Virus record (IMG/VR): IMGVR_UViG_3300036715_003055
Location: 1 to 52,545 of that record
Strand: one strand, 5' to 3'
DNA: 52,545 bases
From: a virus
Lineage: Duplodnaviria > Caudoviricetes
The translations under genes and the position numbers were made by a program. The notes beneath the pieces were generated by a model. The model saw only the letters and a list, made by a program, of their open reading frames with translations. It was not told where the DNA came from and did not search any database. This document shows, one piece after another, positions 9,516 to 19,180 of this stretch (position 1 is the first letter of the stretch; each line of letters opens with the position of its first letter).

Positions 9516-10984
9516 TGGAAAAACAAATTATAAAATTTCTTCAATCCCATAAAATAAATGGGTTATTTTGTGGTGGCACAGCGCGAAACATATATTTAGG
9601 CATTGACAATAGACATTATGATATATCTGTCGATAAAAATATTTCTGAATTAAGAGATATATTTAAAAATGGTAGTGAAGTCGATGATTATAATGTATGT
9701 GTAAAAATATTTTATAAAGATATTCCAATTATATTATATCCTAGAAAAAAAGTAGAACTAATAAACACATATTATAATTATAGTTTTACTAATAAAATAA
9801 GTGAAGATGTACAATCTAGAGATTTTACAATAAATGGGTTATATTACAATCCATTAACAAATGAATGGATTGATATGATTAACGCTATTAAAGATATTGA
9901 TAATAAAATTATTCGATTTATAAATAACGGTGAAACAAAAATTTTAGAGTCAAAAGTTAGAATATTACGTGCCCCGGTATTTGCAACTGTTTTAGGCAAT
10001 TCTTGGAAAATAGATGCTAAAACAATAGAGGATATATATAATAATAGATTAAAGTTAATGACAGTAAACCCAAAACAAATATATCCTGAACTTAACAAAA
10101 TTTTTAAATATGCAGAAAATCCTAGTAAATTTTTCAAATTTTTATCTTTTATTGGCATATTAGATGACTTCTTCCCCGAATTAAAAAGATGTATAGGAAT
10201 AGAACAATCTAATAAAGCCGCAAATTTGGATTTATTTAATCACATTATGTTAACACTTGACGCGATTCAACTAAATAAACAAAATACTGATATATTAAGA
10301 ATTGCTGCACTTTTACATGATATAGGTAAACCTTATACCGAAGTAAAAACTGATACAGGAATTCATTTTTACAATCATGAAAATGTTGGAGCTTATCTAT
10401 CAGAAAGAATACTTTATCGATGGGGATTCCCAAAAAATATTATTTCAAAAATAATGATATTAATTTCCAATCATTTATTTGATGCATCCCCAAATAAAAC
10501 TTCTCAATCAATTAAAAAACTTATAAATAAAGTTGGTGCCGAAAATATTCATGATTTAATAGAACTTAGAATAGCGGATAGACTTGGTACAGGTAGAAAA
10601 GATATAAGTATGAAAAATATTTATAAACTTCGCGATAAAGTTAACGCAGTGCTAACAGAAATAGATCCTAATAAATTTAAATTGCAAATTGATGATAATG
10701 AAATTATTAAAATTTGTAACTTAACAAAACCAGGTATTAGTGAATTACAAAAAATTAAAGAATATTTAACATTTATGGTAATCACTAATAGTTTAGTTAA
10801 TAAAGAATCTTCAATAAAAAAGATACTTACCAAATTAAATAAAATACAGTGCCCTTTAGGTATGTATCATTTTTATAATGTACAATTAAGTATTAAAAAT
10901 GGCAATGCACAATTATTCCCAGATGGTCGTTTAGAATGTGGAATATTTTGTAATTTCCTATGTAATAAAACGAGAAAAAAATAA
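9515..10984 (+). CDS. cca: Class II tRNA nucleotidyltransferase (CCA/poly(A) polymerase family) with HD domain
   Basis: GGTARN, RDFTINGLYY, RILR, and HD domain H...AALLHDIGKP...FYNHE. Catalytic DxD reads H-Y-D. Confidence 0.78.
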   Translation: MEKQIIKFLQSHKINGLFCGGTARNIYLGIDNRHYDISVDKNISELRDIFKNGSEVDDYNVCVKIFYKDIPIILYPRKKVELINTYYNYSFTNKISEDVQSRDFTINGLYYNPLTNEWIDMINAIKDIDNKIIRFINNGETKILESKVRILRAPVFATVLGNSWKIDAKTIEDIYNNRLKLMTVNPKQIYPELNKIFKYAENPSKFFKFLSFIGILDDFFPELKRCIGIEQSNKAANLDLFNHIMLTLDAIQLNKQNTDILRIAALLHDIGKPYTEVKTDTGIHFYNHENVGAYLSERILYRWGFPKNIISKIMILISNHLFDASPNKTSQSIKKLINKVGAENIHDLIELRIADRLGTGRKDISMKNIYKLRDKVNAVLTEIDPNKFKLQIDDNEIIKICNLTKPGISELQKIKEYLTFMVITNSLVNKESSIKKILTKLNKIQCPLGMYHFYNVQLSIKNGNAQLFPDGRLECGIFCNFLCNKTRKK

Positions 10985-11376
10985 TGATTATTTATTTTAT
11001 ATTTGGTTTTTTATTTTTTGCTTTTTGTTTTGGTATATATTATATTTACACACTGAATAAAAAACTAATAACTACACAAAATGAACTCATCAAGTTAAAT
11101 GAAGCTAATATGAAACTTCTTTCACAAAAAAAGAGCAGCGAAGTAAGAGTAGGACAAATTGCAGAACAATTAGCTCCATTTTTAGAAAATTTCAAATATG
11201 ATCCTAAAAAAATAAAATTTATAGGAATGCCTATAGATTATATTTATTTTGGAGATGATGAAATTGTGGTTATTGAAATAAAATCAGGAAACTCACAATT
11301 ATCTACTGTCCAAAAAAATATTAAAGACCTTGTCGATAATAAAAAAATTCGATGGGAAGTGTACAGGATAAAATAA
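10984..11376 (+). CDS. Membrane-anchored endonuclease related to archaeal Holliday junction resolvase (PD-(D/E)xK)
   Basis: N-terminal TM; SEVRVGQIAEQLAPF, FIGMPIDYIYF, EIKSG. Confidence 0.75.
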   Translation: MIIYFIFGFLFFAFCFGIYYIYTLNKKLITTQNELIKLNEANMKLLSQKKSSEVRVGQIAEQLAPFLENFKYDPKKIKFIGMPIDYIYFGDDEIVVIEIKSGNSQLSTVQKNIKDLVDNKKIRWEVYRIK

Positions 11377-12150
11377 ATGCAATTAATTAATTTAATGAGT
11401 GGTAGTTCTGGAAATTCAACTATAATTAAATCTGACGATGTAGAAATAATGATTGATGCTGGCGGTAGCTTTAAAAAAATAGCTGAAAAGTATAAATCAT
11501 TATTAAATAAAGATTTAACTGATCTTAATGGCTTATTTATTAGCCATGAACACGGAGATCATATAACAGGCGCAGGGATAATAGGTAGAAAGCTAAAATG
11601 CCCAATATTTATACCTGAAAAATCATATGAAAAAAAGAAAAATTTATTTAACGGATGTATAATAAATTATATAAATGGAGGTGAAACAATAAAAATAAAA
11701 CATTTAGAAATAAAACCATTTAACACTCGACATGATAGTGAAGCATGTGTTGGATTTGTTATTACCGATACTTTAAAAAATAAAAAGTTAGGGTATTTAA
11801 CTGACACTGGAAGTATTACTAAACTAATAAAAGAATCTCTTCGTGATTGCAATGCTTATATGATAGAATCAGATTATGACGAAGAAGGTTTAGAAAAATG
11901 TGCAGAATATGATGATATATTAAAAGAAAGAATTAGAAGTGATTTTGGACATTTAAGTAATGACCAAGCTTTAGATTTTATTTACAATAATATAAATATT
12001 GATAGTGTTGATTGGATACTATTTAGCCACTTATCAGAAAAAACAAATTCTCCAGATATTTTAATGAATAAAGTTAAATATAAATTTCCTGAACGTTATT
12101 GGAATAAATTTCATGTCGCAGAGTCAATTGAATTAAAAATAGAAGGATAA
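11377..12150 (+). CDS. Metallo-beta-lactamase-fold hydrolase/exonuclease (YycJ/WalJ-like)
   Basis: SGSSGNS, IDAG, SHEHGDH, HD, TDTG, ESDYD, GHLSN, HLSE. Confidence 0.85.
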   Translation: MQLINLMSGSSGNSTIIKSDDVEIMIDAGGSFKKIAEKYKSLLNKDLTDLNGLFISHEHGDHITGAGIIGRKLKCPIFIPEKSYEKKKNLFNGCIINYINGGETIKIKHLEIKPFNTRHDSEACVGFVITDTLKNKKLGYLTDTGSITKLIKESLRDCNAYMIESDYDEEGLEKCAEYDDILKERIRSDFGHLSNDQALDFIYNNINIDSVDWILFSHLSEKTNSPDILMNKVKYKFPERYWNKFHVAESIELKIEG

Positions 12151-12152
12151 TA

Positions 12153-12830
12153 ATGAGTGATATATTAGTAATAGACATAGAAACAATTCCACAACAAGAA
12201 ACAATGACAAGTAAACAAAAAGATCTTTATAAAAAATTAATGGCTACACAAATAAAAAAATCAAATGACTCGAAAATTAGTTTATCAGAGTTAAAAAAAT
12301 TACGAGGACTTGTTATGTCGACTAATCCTTATCTTGGAGAAATTATTGTTATTGGTCTTTATAGAAATAAAGATGGTAATACCGGGTCAATAGGGTTAAC
12401 TGGCCCAGAACCTCAAATACTAAAAAGGTTTTGGGATACAATGTCAACATTTAAAGGACAAATAGTTACATTTAATGGACTAGAATTTGATATACCTTTT
12501 ATTATAAAAAGGTCAATGAAACATGGGATATTACCAACTAATAATGATTTATTAGATATGAAAAAATTTAGCCGATACCCGCACTTTGATGTTAAAATGA
12601 TTATGGGTAATTGGGATAAATTTGCAACTGGAAACTTAGATCTAATATGTGATTTTTTAGGTGTAGCTTCACCAAAAGAAGGAGAAATAAAAGCCTCTGG
12701 AGTTGAACAAGCTTATAAAGAAGGCAAAATAAAAGAAATAGCTGAATATTGTGTAAGAGATGTGGAAGCTACATATAAAGTATTTGAAAAAATTAAAGAT
12801 TATACTTTTAAACCTCCGATAAAATATTAA
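12153..12830 (+). CDS. Stand-alone DEDD 3'-5' exonuclease (PolB-exonuclease-related)
   Basis: DIET, TFNGLEFDIP, YCVRDV. Confidence 0.85.
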   Translation: MSDILVIDIETIPQQETMTSKQKDLYKKLMATQIKKSNDSKISLSELKKLRGLVMSTNPYLGEIIVIGLYRNKDGNTGSIGLTGPEPQILKRFWDTMSTFKGQIVTFNGLEFDIPFIIKRSMKHGILPTNNDLLDMKKFSRYPHFDVKMIMGNWDKFATGNLDLICDFLGVASPKEGEIKASGVEQAYKEGKIKEIAEYCVRDVEATYKVFEKIKDYTFKPPIKY

Positions 12831-12850
12831 TAAAAAAAAAGAGAATACAA

Positions 12851-13807
12851 ATGAGTTTATTATCAAATGCAGAACCTATATCTACAAGATTGAAAATGTA
12901 TGTGTATGGGCCAACAGGAGTAGGTAAAACAGTAACAGCATTACATTTTCCAAGCCCCGCTGTAATAGATGCTGAACGCGGTACCGAACACTACGGTAAA
13001 TTTTTTAAATTCAAAAGAATTTTTACAGCTAATCCAGATACAATAATTGCTGTTATTGATGAACTACTACAAAATCCGGTTGTTGATGGAGAAACAATAA
13101 AAACATTAGTAGTTGATCCTATTAGTGTCGTATATGATACTTTAGTTTCCAACTATGAAAGTAAAATGAAAGTAAAAACTGGTAATGCAAGTTACCAACT
13201 AAAGCCATTAGATTATAAATATATAAAATCTGAAGTAAGAAGACTAGGCTTAAAATTATTATCTTTAGATATGAACGTTATAGTAACAGCTAAAGAAAAA
13301 ATTCAATATTCTTCTGATCCTTCAGAATTTATGAAAGTAGAAGGAACTTCGCCAGAAGGTCCAAAAGACTTTCCTTATTTATTTGATGTAGTGTTAAGGT
13401 TAAGTAAAACAACAGATGGAAAATTTTGGGCTAACGTAGAGAAAGATAGAACCAACAATTTACCGCCAGAGTTCGAATACTCATATGAAACCTTTACAAA
13501 ATATTTAGGTATTGAAGGTTTAGAACGCGAACCAGTGGTTTTTAATCAACAACGAAATTTAATTCAACGTAATAATAGAACAGTAAAAACAATCTTTAAT
13601 GGTAAAGAAATAATGACAGCTGGAATTACAGGTGATAATTTAGAAAAAATACAAAACTTAGTAAAAGACTATGGTGCTGATAAATTAACTGCTAAATTAA
13701 AAGAAGATTATTTAGTTGACAGCGCTTTAGATCTTAAAAATGACGAAGCTGAATTATTTATTTCCGATATTAATCAAGAATTAGCTGGTAATGCGGCTAA
13801 GGAGTAA
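12851..13807 (+). CDS. Sak4-like AAA_24 ATPase (single-strand annealing recombinase)
   Basis: YGPTGVGKT, IDAERG, LVVD; adjacent to a DUF669-like SSB. Confidence 0.75.
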   Translation: MSLLSNAEPISTRLKMYVYGPTGVGKTVTALHFPSPAVIDAERGTEHYGKFFKFKRIFTANPDTIIAVIDELLQNPVVDGETIKTLVVDPISVVYDTLVSNYESKMKVKTGNASYQLKPLDYKYIKSEVRRLGLKLLSLDMNVIVTAKEKIQYSSDPSEFMKVEGTSPEGPKDFPYLFDVVLRLSKTTDGKFWANVEKDRTNNLPPEFEYSYETFTKYLGIEGLEREPVVFNQQRNLIQRNNRTVKTIFNGKEIMTAGITGDNLEKIQNLVKDYGADKLTAKLKEDYLVDSALDLKNDEAELFISDINQELAGNAAKE

Positions 13808-13814
13808 TTATAAA

Positions 13815-14285
13815 ATGAGTGAAGCATTTAATTTCAAATCAGATATTTCAAAAACAGTTGGTACTTTTGCACCAATTGAAACTGGTAGATACACAGTAAA
13901 AGTTATAGAAGCAAAAGCTGTAAATTCAAAAGAAAAAGGAACGCCACAAATTGCTGTTACCTTTCAGTTATTAGATGAAAAATTTAAAAATAGAAAATTA
14001 TTTCATAACTTTACATGGTCTGTAAAAGCTATTCCTTTTGTATTTTCATTTTTAAAAGCTATTAAGTCTCCAATAGTTGAACAAGATAATGTAACAAGAG
14101 AACAAGCTGTTAATGCTATGTTAGGAGGTGTGTGTTCAGTTTATGTAGATGTTGAAAATACTATTAATGGCACGCCTAGAAATACTGTATCTAATTTTAA
14201 AGAAGCGGATGGGGCTGTTGCCCCCTCAATTAACACTGTTGCCCAAAATACCCCTAATACTCAAGAGCAACCTTTATTTAAATAA
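13815..14285 (+). CDS. DUF669-like single-stranded DNA-binding protein
   Basis: FAPIETGRYTVKV...GTPQIAVTF...RKLFHNF, flexible tail ending PLFK. Start moved to ATG 13815 (SD GGAG). Confidence 0.72.
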   Translation: MSEAFNFKSDISKTVGTFAPIETGRYTVKVIEAKAVNSKEKGTPQIAVTFQLLDEKFKNRKLFHNFTWSVKAIPFVFSFLKAIKSPIVEQDNVTREQAVNAMLGGVCSVYVDVENTINGTPRNTVSNFKEADGAVAPSINTVAQNTPNTQEQPLFK

Positions 14286-14297
14286 TTAATAAAAAAT

Positions 14298-14322
14298 GGG
14301 AGGAGTAATCCTCCCTTATATT
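14298..14322 (+). terminator. Hairpin with GNRA loop (weak terminator)
   Basis: GGGAGGA-GTAA-TCCTCCC followed by TTATATT. Confidence 0.55.
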
Positions 14323-14330
14323 AAAAAATT

Positions 14331-14813
14331 ATGACCACAAAAACAAATGAATTGGAAAAAACTGCAAATGCAGTACATATAAAATACAGAAAAAATAAAA
14401 CTGCATTAATATTAAAAGTTCCGGTTCCAATTTTAATGACTAATAAAGGTCTGATAGCCCAACAATCCACAGTTGATTATACAGGGTTAATTAATGATGG
14501 TACTTTTATTGCTTTTGATGCTAAAGAAACATTAAGTAAAACAAGTTTTCCATTATCAAATATCCATCAACATCAGCTTGTTTATTTAGAATATGTACAG
14601 GAATTAAATGGCATAGCTTTTTTTATGATTCATTTTAAAAATGTTCATAAAGATAAAGTATATATTACACCTCTACATTTGATTAAAAAATTTTGGTATG
14701 GCGGTGAAAGAAAGTCTATACCATTATCAGCATTTGATGATAATTGGTTAACCACAGTAGAAAATTATATTAATAAACTACAGGAATTAAAAGATGAGCT
14801 TTTTAAAAGATGA
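14331..14813 (+). CDS. recU: RecU-family Holliday junction resolvase
   Basis: KVPVP, STVDYTG, FDAKET, FPLSNIHQHQ, RKSIP. Confidence 0.88.
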   Translation: MTTKTNELEKTANAVHIKYRKNKTALILKVPVPILMTNKGLIAQQSTVDYTGLINDGTFIAFDAKETLSKTSFPLSNIHQHQLVYLEYVQELNGIAFFMIHFKNVHKDKVYITPLHLIKKFWYGGERKSIPLSAFDDNWLTTVENYINKLQELKDELFKR

Positions 14814-15051
14814 CCTAGAAAAAATATTATTAGATGATAATGGAAATTTAATCGAAGATATTATCCAAATAGCTATGAAACATGCTGATAATGTAATTGT
14901 AACCAGAGTTGGTAAATTAAATAAATTATTAAATTCAGCTATTATATTAGTTCCACATTCTATTAAAAAAATAGAACCTAATATAATAGGAAAATTCGAT
15001 ATTATCCCAATTAACACTATTAAAGAAATTATAGTATTAAATTATGAATAA
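14794..15051 (+). CDS. Hypothetical protein
   Basis: 85 aa ORF packed in the operon with overlapping neighbours. Confidence 0.55.
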   Translation: MSFLKDDLEKILLDDNGNLIEDIIQIAMKHADNVIVTRVGKLNKLLNSAIILVPHSIKKIEPNIIGKFDIIPINTIKEIIVLNYE

Positions 15052-15493
15052 AAAAATATTAGAAATAAAATTTAAAAAATTAGATAAAAATGCAAAAAGT
15101 CCAGTTAAAGCATATGATACCGATGCAGGTATAGATTTTTTTGCAAATGAAAATAAAAAAATAATTGGTGGGGCGGTTATTTCGATAGCTACCGGAATAA
15201 AAGTAGAAATTCCAAAGGGTTATTGTTTAGTTGGCAGAGATAGAAGCGGTATTGCATCAACTACATCTTTAATATTAAAAGCTGGAGTAATTGATGAATC
15301 GTACCGTGGAGAAATAAAATGCGTAATGGCAAATTATGGGTCATATCCTGTTAGTATAAAACGAGGAGATAAAATTGCTCAATTTTTATTGTTACCTGTT
15401 CCACAAGTAATATTAACTGAAGTAGATGAAATATCTGAAGTAACAGATAGAGGTACAAAGGGATTTGGGTCTAGTGATAAAAAGGAGTTATAA
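15044..15493 (+). CDS. dut: Trimeric dUTPase
   Basis: DAGID, RSG, GVIDESYRGE, KIAQ, RGTKGFGSS. Confidence 0.95.
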   Translation: MNKKILEIKFKKLDKNAKSPVKAYDTDAGIDFFANENKKIIGGAVISIATGIKVEIPKGYCLVGRDRSGIASTTSLILKAGVIDESYRGEIKCVMANYGSYPVSIKRGDKIAQFLLLPVPQVILTEVDEISEVTDRGTKGFGSSDKKEL

Positions 15494-15494
15494 T

Positions 15495-15797
15495 ATGAAG
15501 GTAAAAGATTTAATAGAAAAAGAAAGAAAGATTAATGAGTTACTAGATTTGCAAGAAGAAATACAATTAGTATTAAACTCATTTGATGAAATTCAAGATC
15601 AAACTAATACTGTTTATATTACTGGTATGTCAATATCTAGCTGGCATTTAAATGCAACAGATTCAACAAATGAAAAAAAATATAAGCAAGTTGATATAAA
15701 AGAAAATTTAGCTAAACGTATCAAACCAAAAATTCGTTTAATAATAGAAGAAGAGTTGGTTAAAGTAGAAAATGAAATAAATAGTATTGAAATATAA
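15495..15797 (+). CDS. Hypothetical protein, tandem paralog 1
   Basis: MKVKDLIEKE... start at ATG 15495 after AAGGAG. Confidence 0.75.
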   Translation: MKVKDLIEKERKINELLDLQEEIQLVLNSFDEIQDQTNTVYITGMSISSWHLNATDSTNEKKYKQVDIKENLAKRIKPKIRLIIEEELVKVENEINSIEI

Positions 15798-15811
15798 ATA
15801 GGAGTTATAAT

Positions 15812-16114
15812 ATGAAAGTAAAAGATTTAATAGAAAAAGAAGGAAAGGTGAATGAGTTACTAGATTTGCAAAAAAACATACAATTAACCTTAGATTCATT
15901 TGATGAAATTCAAGATCAAACTAATAATGTGTATCTTTCTGGTATATCAATATCTAGCTGGCCTTTAAATGTAACAGATTCAAAAGATAAAAAAGAATAT
16001 AAGCAAGTTGTAATAACAGCAAGTTTAGCTAAACGTATCAAATCAAAAATTCGTTTAATAATAGAAGAAGAGTTGGTTAAAGTAGAAAATGAAATAAATA
16101 GTATTGAAATATAA
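15812..16114 (+). CDS. Hypothetical protein, tandem paralog 2
   Basis: 100 aa, highly similar to paralog 1. Confidence 0.75.
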   Translation: MKVKDLIEKEGKVNELLDLQKNIQLTLDSFDEIQDQTNNVYLSGISISSWPLNVTDSKDKKEYKQVVITASLAKRIKSKIRLIIEEELVKVENEINSIEI

Positions 16115-16127
16115 ATAGGATTTATAC

Positions 16128-18677
16128 ATGAACGAATTTTCTAAAACTATATGGGAACAAAATTATAAAGGCCCCGACGATATAACGGTAGAAGACACTT
16201 GGAAACGATTAGCTATTTCTGCCGCTGAAGTGGAAAATGAAAACATTAAGAAACAGATTGAAAATGAGTTTTATGATATTTTAAAAGATTTTAAATTTGT
16301 TCCTGGAGGTAGAATAATGGCCAATTTAGGAGTTAAAGGCCGTGAGTCAACTACCTTAATGAATTGTTTTGTCCACTTTCCTAAGGATATTAATTTAAAA
16401 GACCCGGACTCTATAGAAGGTATATACACCTTGCTAAAAGCTCAAGCTCATACTTTAAAATCCGAAGGTGGCTACGGAATGAACTTTGGATGGATACGCC
16501 CACAAGGTTCATACGTATATGGTATTGGAAGTAGAACCCCTGGTGTAGTAAAATTTATGGAACTATGGGATAAATCGTCCGAAATTATAACCCAAGGATC
16601 AGATGTTATTTTAGGTGAACAAAAAGCCGATGAAAAAAAGAAAATTCGTAAAGGTGCTCAAATGGGGGTTTTACCTGTTTGGCACCCAGAAATAGAAAAT
16701 TTTATAAAAGCAAAACAAACTCCAGGACGGCTAACAAAATTTAATCTATCTGTTGGGATTACTGAGGGGTTTATGGAAGCCTTAATAAATAATAAAAAAT
16801 GGGATTTAGTATTTCCAGATACCACGTACGAAAAATATGAAAATGAATGGGACGGGGATTTAGAATACTGGAAAGAAAAAGGTTACCCAATTATTGTTTA
16901 TAAAACCATTGACGCAAAACAATTGTGGGATATGATAACATATTCTACATATACTAGAAATGAACCTGGAGTTTTATTCTTAGATTTATTTAACAAATTA
17001 AATCCTTTATCATACGCAGAAAAAATATTTACAACAAATCCTTGTGGGGAAATTGGGATGGCCACAGGGGTATGTAATTTAGGAGCGTTAAATTTAGTTA
17101 AATTTGTAAAAATAATTGATCATAAAGTACATTTTGATTTTGATGACTATAAAAAAGCTATTCCAATAGCAGTAAGATTTTTAGATAACATAAATGATAT
17201 ATCAAGAGCCCCTCTGCCAGAATATAAAGAATCAATGCTCACAAAAAGAAGAATTGGTTTAGGCAATATGGGGTTAGGTTCGTTACATGTAATGATGGGA
17301 ATAGAATTTGGTTCTCCAGAATCATTAGATTTAATTGAAAAAATTTATAAAATAAAAGCTGAAACAGAATTATTAGCTTCAGCAAAATTAGGAATCGAAA
17401 AAGGTTCTTTTAAAATATTTGATCCAAATAAATATTTTAATACATATTGGTGGAACAATTTAGATATTTCTCCTAAAGTTAAAAAAGAAGTTGTTAAAAT
17501 TGGTGCAATGAGAAATTCCCACAGAAGTATGAATGCACCAAACGGTAACTCTTCAATTGTGGCAGGGTTAGTTACCGGAGGAATAGAACCACCATATTTA
17601 TTATCTTATGTTAGATGGGTTATTGTTACAGAACACGAAAGACGTCAATTAAAAACAGAAGGATTGATATTTCCAGATGTTTATAACGGTGAATGGTATG
17701 AAACCAAACATTTTCATTTTGATAAAAAGGGGGATGAAGAGGTTTTATCTGGCGAATTTAATAATGTAAAATATATGATAGATAAAAATAGAGGATTAAC
17801 AAAAGCTGAAACTGTTGAAGACTACGGTTGGACTTTTGCTCAATCATTCTATTCAAAAGAAGAATTAAAAGCACTTAAAGAAAAAGGTGCATTTAAAACA
17901 ACTTCTGAATTATCTGTCAACGCGCATTTAGATACATTGAGACTAATATCAAAATATTCTGATATGAACAATTCTAAAACAACAAATATCCCTGAACAAT
18001 ACCCTTATGAAGATTTTCAAAATTTATATTTAAATGCTTGGAAATCAGGAATTAAAGGTATTACCACCTACCGAGCTGGGACTATGACTGCTGTTTTAGA
18101 AAAAATAGAAACTAGTACAAATGAATTAGAAGCTCAATTTTTAAAAGCAGGTAATAATATTATTAAAGATGTAAATAAACTCCCAGATGAAGCTATATCT
18201 AAAATATACATACTTAGAGATAATAATAAAAAGAAATGGTATGTAACAGTCAGTTTTGTATCTGAAAATATAAAACGTCCATTTGCTTTATTTATAAATA
18301 CTAATTGTAAAGAAAATAACGAAGTTACCGCCGAGTTTATTCATGCAATGGAAACATTGTTAATAAATAAAGGTATAGAAAAACAAAAAGTTGATGAACA
18401 AATAAAAAAATATGCTGGCCAATCTAATACAACTAAAATAGCTCGTATTATTGGAATGGCTCTAAGGCATAATTTATCAATTTTGGATATTATTGAAGTA
18501 TTAAATAAATTTGATATTCAAATATCAAGTTTTATGTTTCATTTAAGTAAACTTTTATCTAAGTTTGTTGAAAATGGGACAATAGTAGCAGGTATGACTT
18601 GCCCAACTTGTAAATCTGAAATCGTATATAATGATGGATGTAAGATTTGTAAAGACTGTGGATGGACTGCTTGCTAA
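16128..18677 (+). CDS. nrdJ: Class II (adenosylcobalamin-dependent) ribonucleotide reductase
   Basis: PGGRI, MNCF, NPCGE, GVCNLG, KGITTYR and a C-terminal CxxC...CxxC Zn ribbon. No nrdB nearby. Confidence 0.88.
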   Translation: MNEFSKTIWEQNYKGPDDITVEDTWKRLAISAAEVENENIKKQIENEFYDILKDFKFVPGGRIMANLGVKGRESTTLMNCFVHFPKDINLKDPDSIEGIYTLLKAQAHTLKSEGGYGMNFGWIRPQGSYVYGIGSRTPGVVKFMELWDKSSEIITQGSDVILGEQKADEKKKIRKGAQMGVLPVWHPEIENFIKAKQTPGRLTKFNLSVGITEGFMEALINNKKWDLVFPDTTYEKYENEWDGDLEYWKEKGYPIIVYKTIDAKQLWDMITYSTYTRNEPGVLFLDLFNKLNPLSYAEKIFTTNPCGEIGMATGVCNLGALNLVKFVKIIDHKVHFDFDDYKKAIPIAVRFLDNINDISRAPLPEYKESMLTKRRIGLGNMGLGSLHVMMGIEFGSPESLDLIEKIYKIKAETELLASAKLGIEKGSFKIFDPNKYFNTYWWNNLDISPKVKKEVVKIGAMRNSHRSMNAPNGNSSIVAGLVTGGIEPPYLLSYVRWVIVTEHERRQLKTEGLIFPDVYNGEWYETKHFHFDKKGDEEVLSGEFNNVKYMIDKNRGLTKAETVEDYGWTFAQSFYSKEELKALKEKGAFKTTSELSVNAHLDTLRLISKYSDMNNSKTTNIPEQYPYEDFQNLYLNAWKSGIKGITTYRAGTMTAVLEKIETSTNELEAQFLKAGNNIIKDVNKLPDEAISKIYILRDNNKKKWYVTVSFVSENIKRPFALFINTNCKENNEVTAEFIHAMETLLINKGIEKQKVDEQIKKYAGQSNTTKIARIIGMALRHNLSILDIIEVLNKFDIQISSFMFHLSKLLSKFVENGTIVAGMTCPTCKSEIVYNDGCKICKDCGWTAC

Positions 18678-18735
18678 TTTCCATTAAGTGAGGAACCTAC
18701 CTATTAATGACATGAACTTATGGAAAAAATAATTT

Positions 18736-19143
18736 ATGAAAAACTTTTTAAATGCACAAATTGGATCACAATTAAGAAAAGTAAAAGTTAAAGACATAAA
18801 AAAAGAAGAAATTAAGTCCAATGAAAAAGACTCAGAAAAAATTGTATTTACAGTATATGATGACACCGTAAAAAGAGAGTTCAAAATTTCTGATTGTTGG
18901 ATAGAATCTGAAAAAACTTTAAAAATATCTGGACTTTGGTATTTAGCAAATGATGAAGGAATTATAGCACCTAACAGCACTTTAGCAAAAATGTTAACCT
19001 TCTATAAATGCTCTTCTCTTGTAGATTTACTAAATTCTGAAGTATTAACTTATCCTGATCCTAAGGGTTTTTTAGTTTTAGTAGGATGTAAATGTACTGA
19101 ACAAACTTTAGAAAAAGCCTTAAGTGAATTAAAGAAAAAATAA
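18736..19143 (+). CDS. Hypothetical protein
   Basis: 135 aa ORF in operon orientation. Confidence 0.6.
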   Translation: MKNFLNAQIGSQLRKVKVKDIKKEEIKSNEKDSEKIVFTVYDDTVKREFKISDCWIESEKTLKISGLWYLANDEGIIAPNSTLAKMLTFYKCSSLVDLLNSEVLTYPDPKGFLVLVGCKCTEQTLEKALSELKKK

Positions 19144-19147
19144 ATTT

Positions 19148-19167
19148 AGCGGGGAGCAATTCCCGCT
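19148..19167 (+). terminator. GNRA-capped hairpin (no U-tract; pause or processing site?)
   Basis: AGCGGGGA-GCAA-TTCCCGCT. Confidence 0.45.
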
Positions 19168-19180
19168 CAAAGAGGTGATT

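Larger units (their letters stand above)
15484..16117 (+). repeat. 317-bp tandem gene duplication
   Basis: Starts (15495/15812) and stops (15797/16114) are both 317 bp apart; SD context and 3' ends are near-identical. Confidence 0.9.

Noticed and set aside
15484-16117. Diversity-generating retroelement TR/VR pair
   Set aside because: Both copies are complete genes with SDs, differences are not confined to adenines of one copy, and no reverse transcriptase is present in the window.
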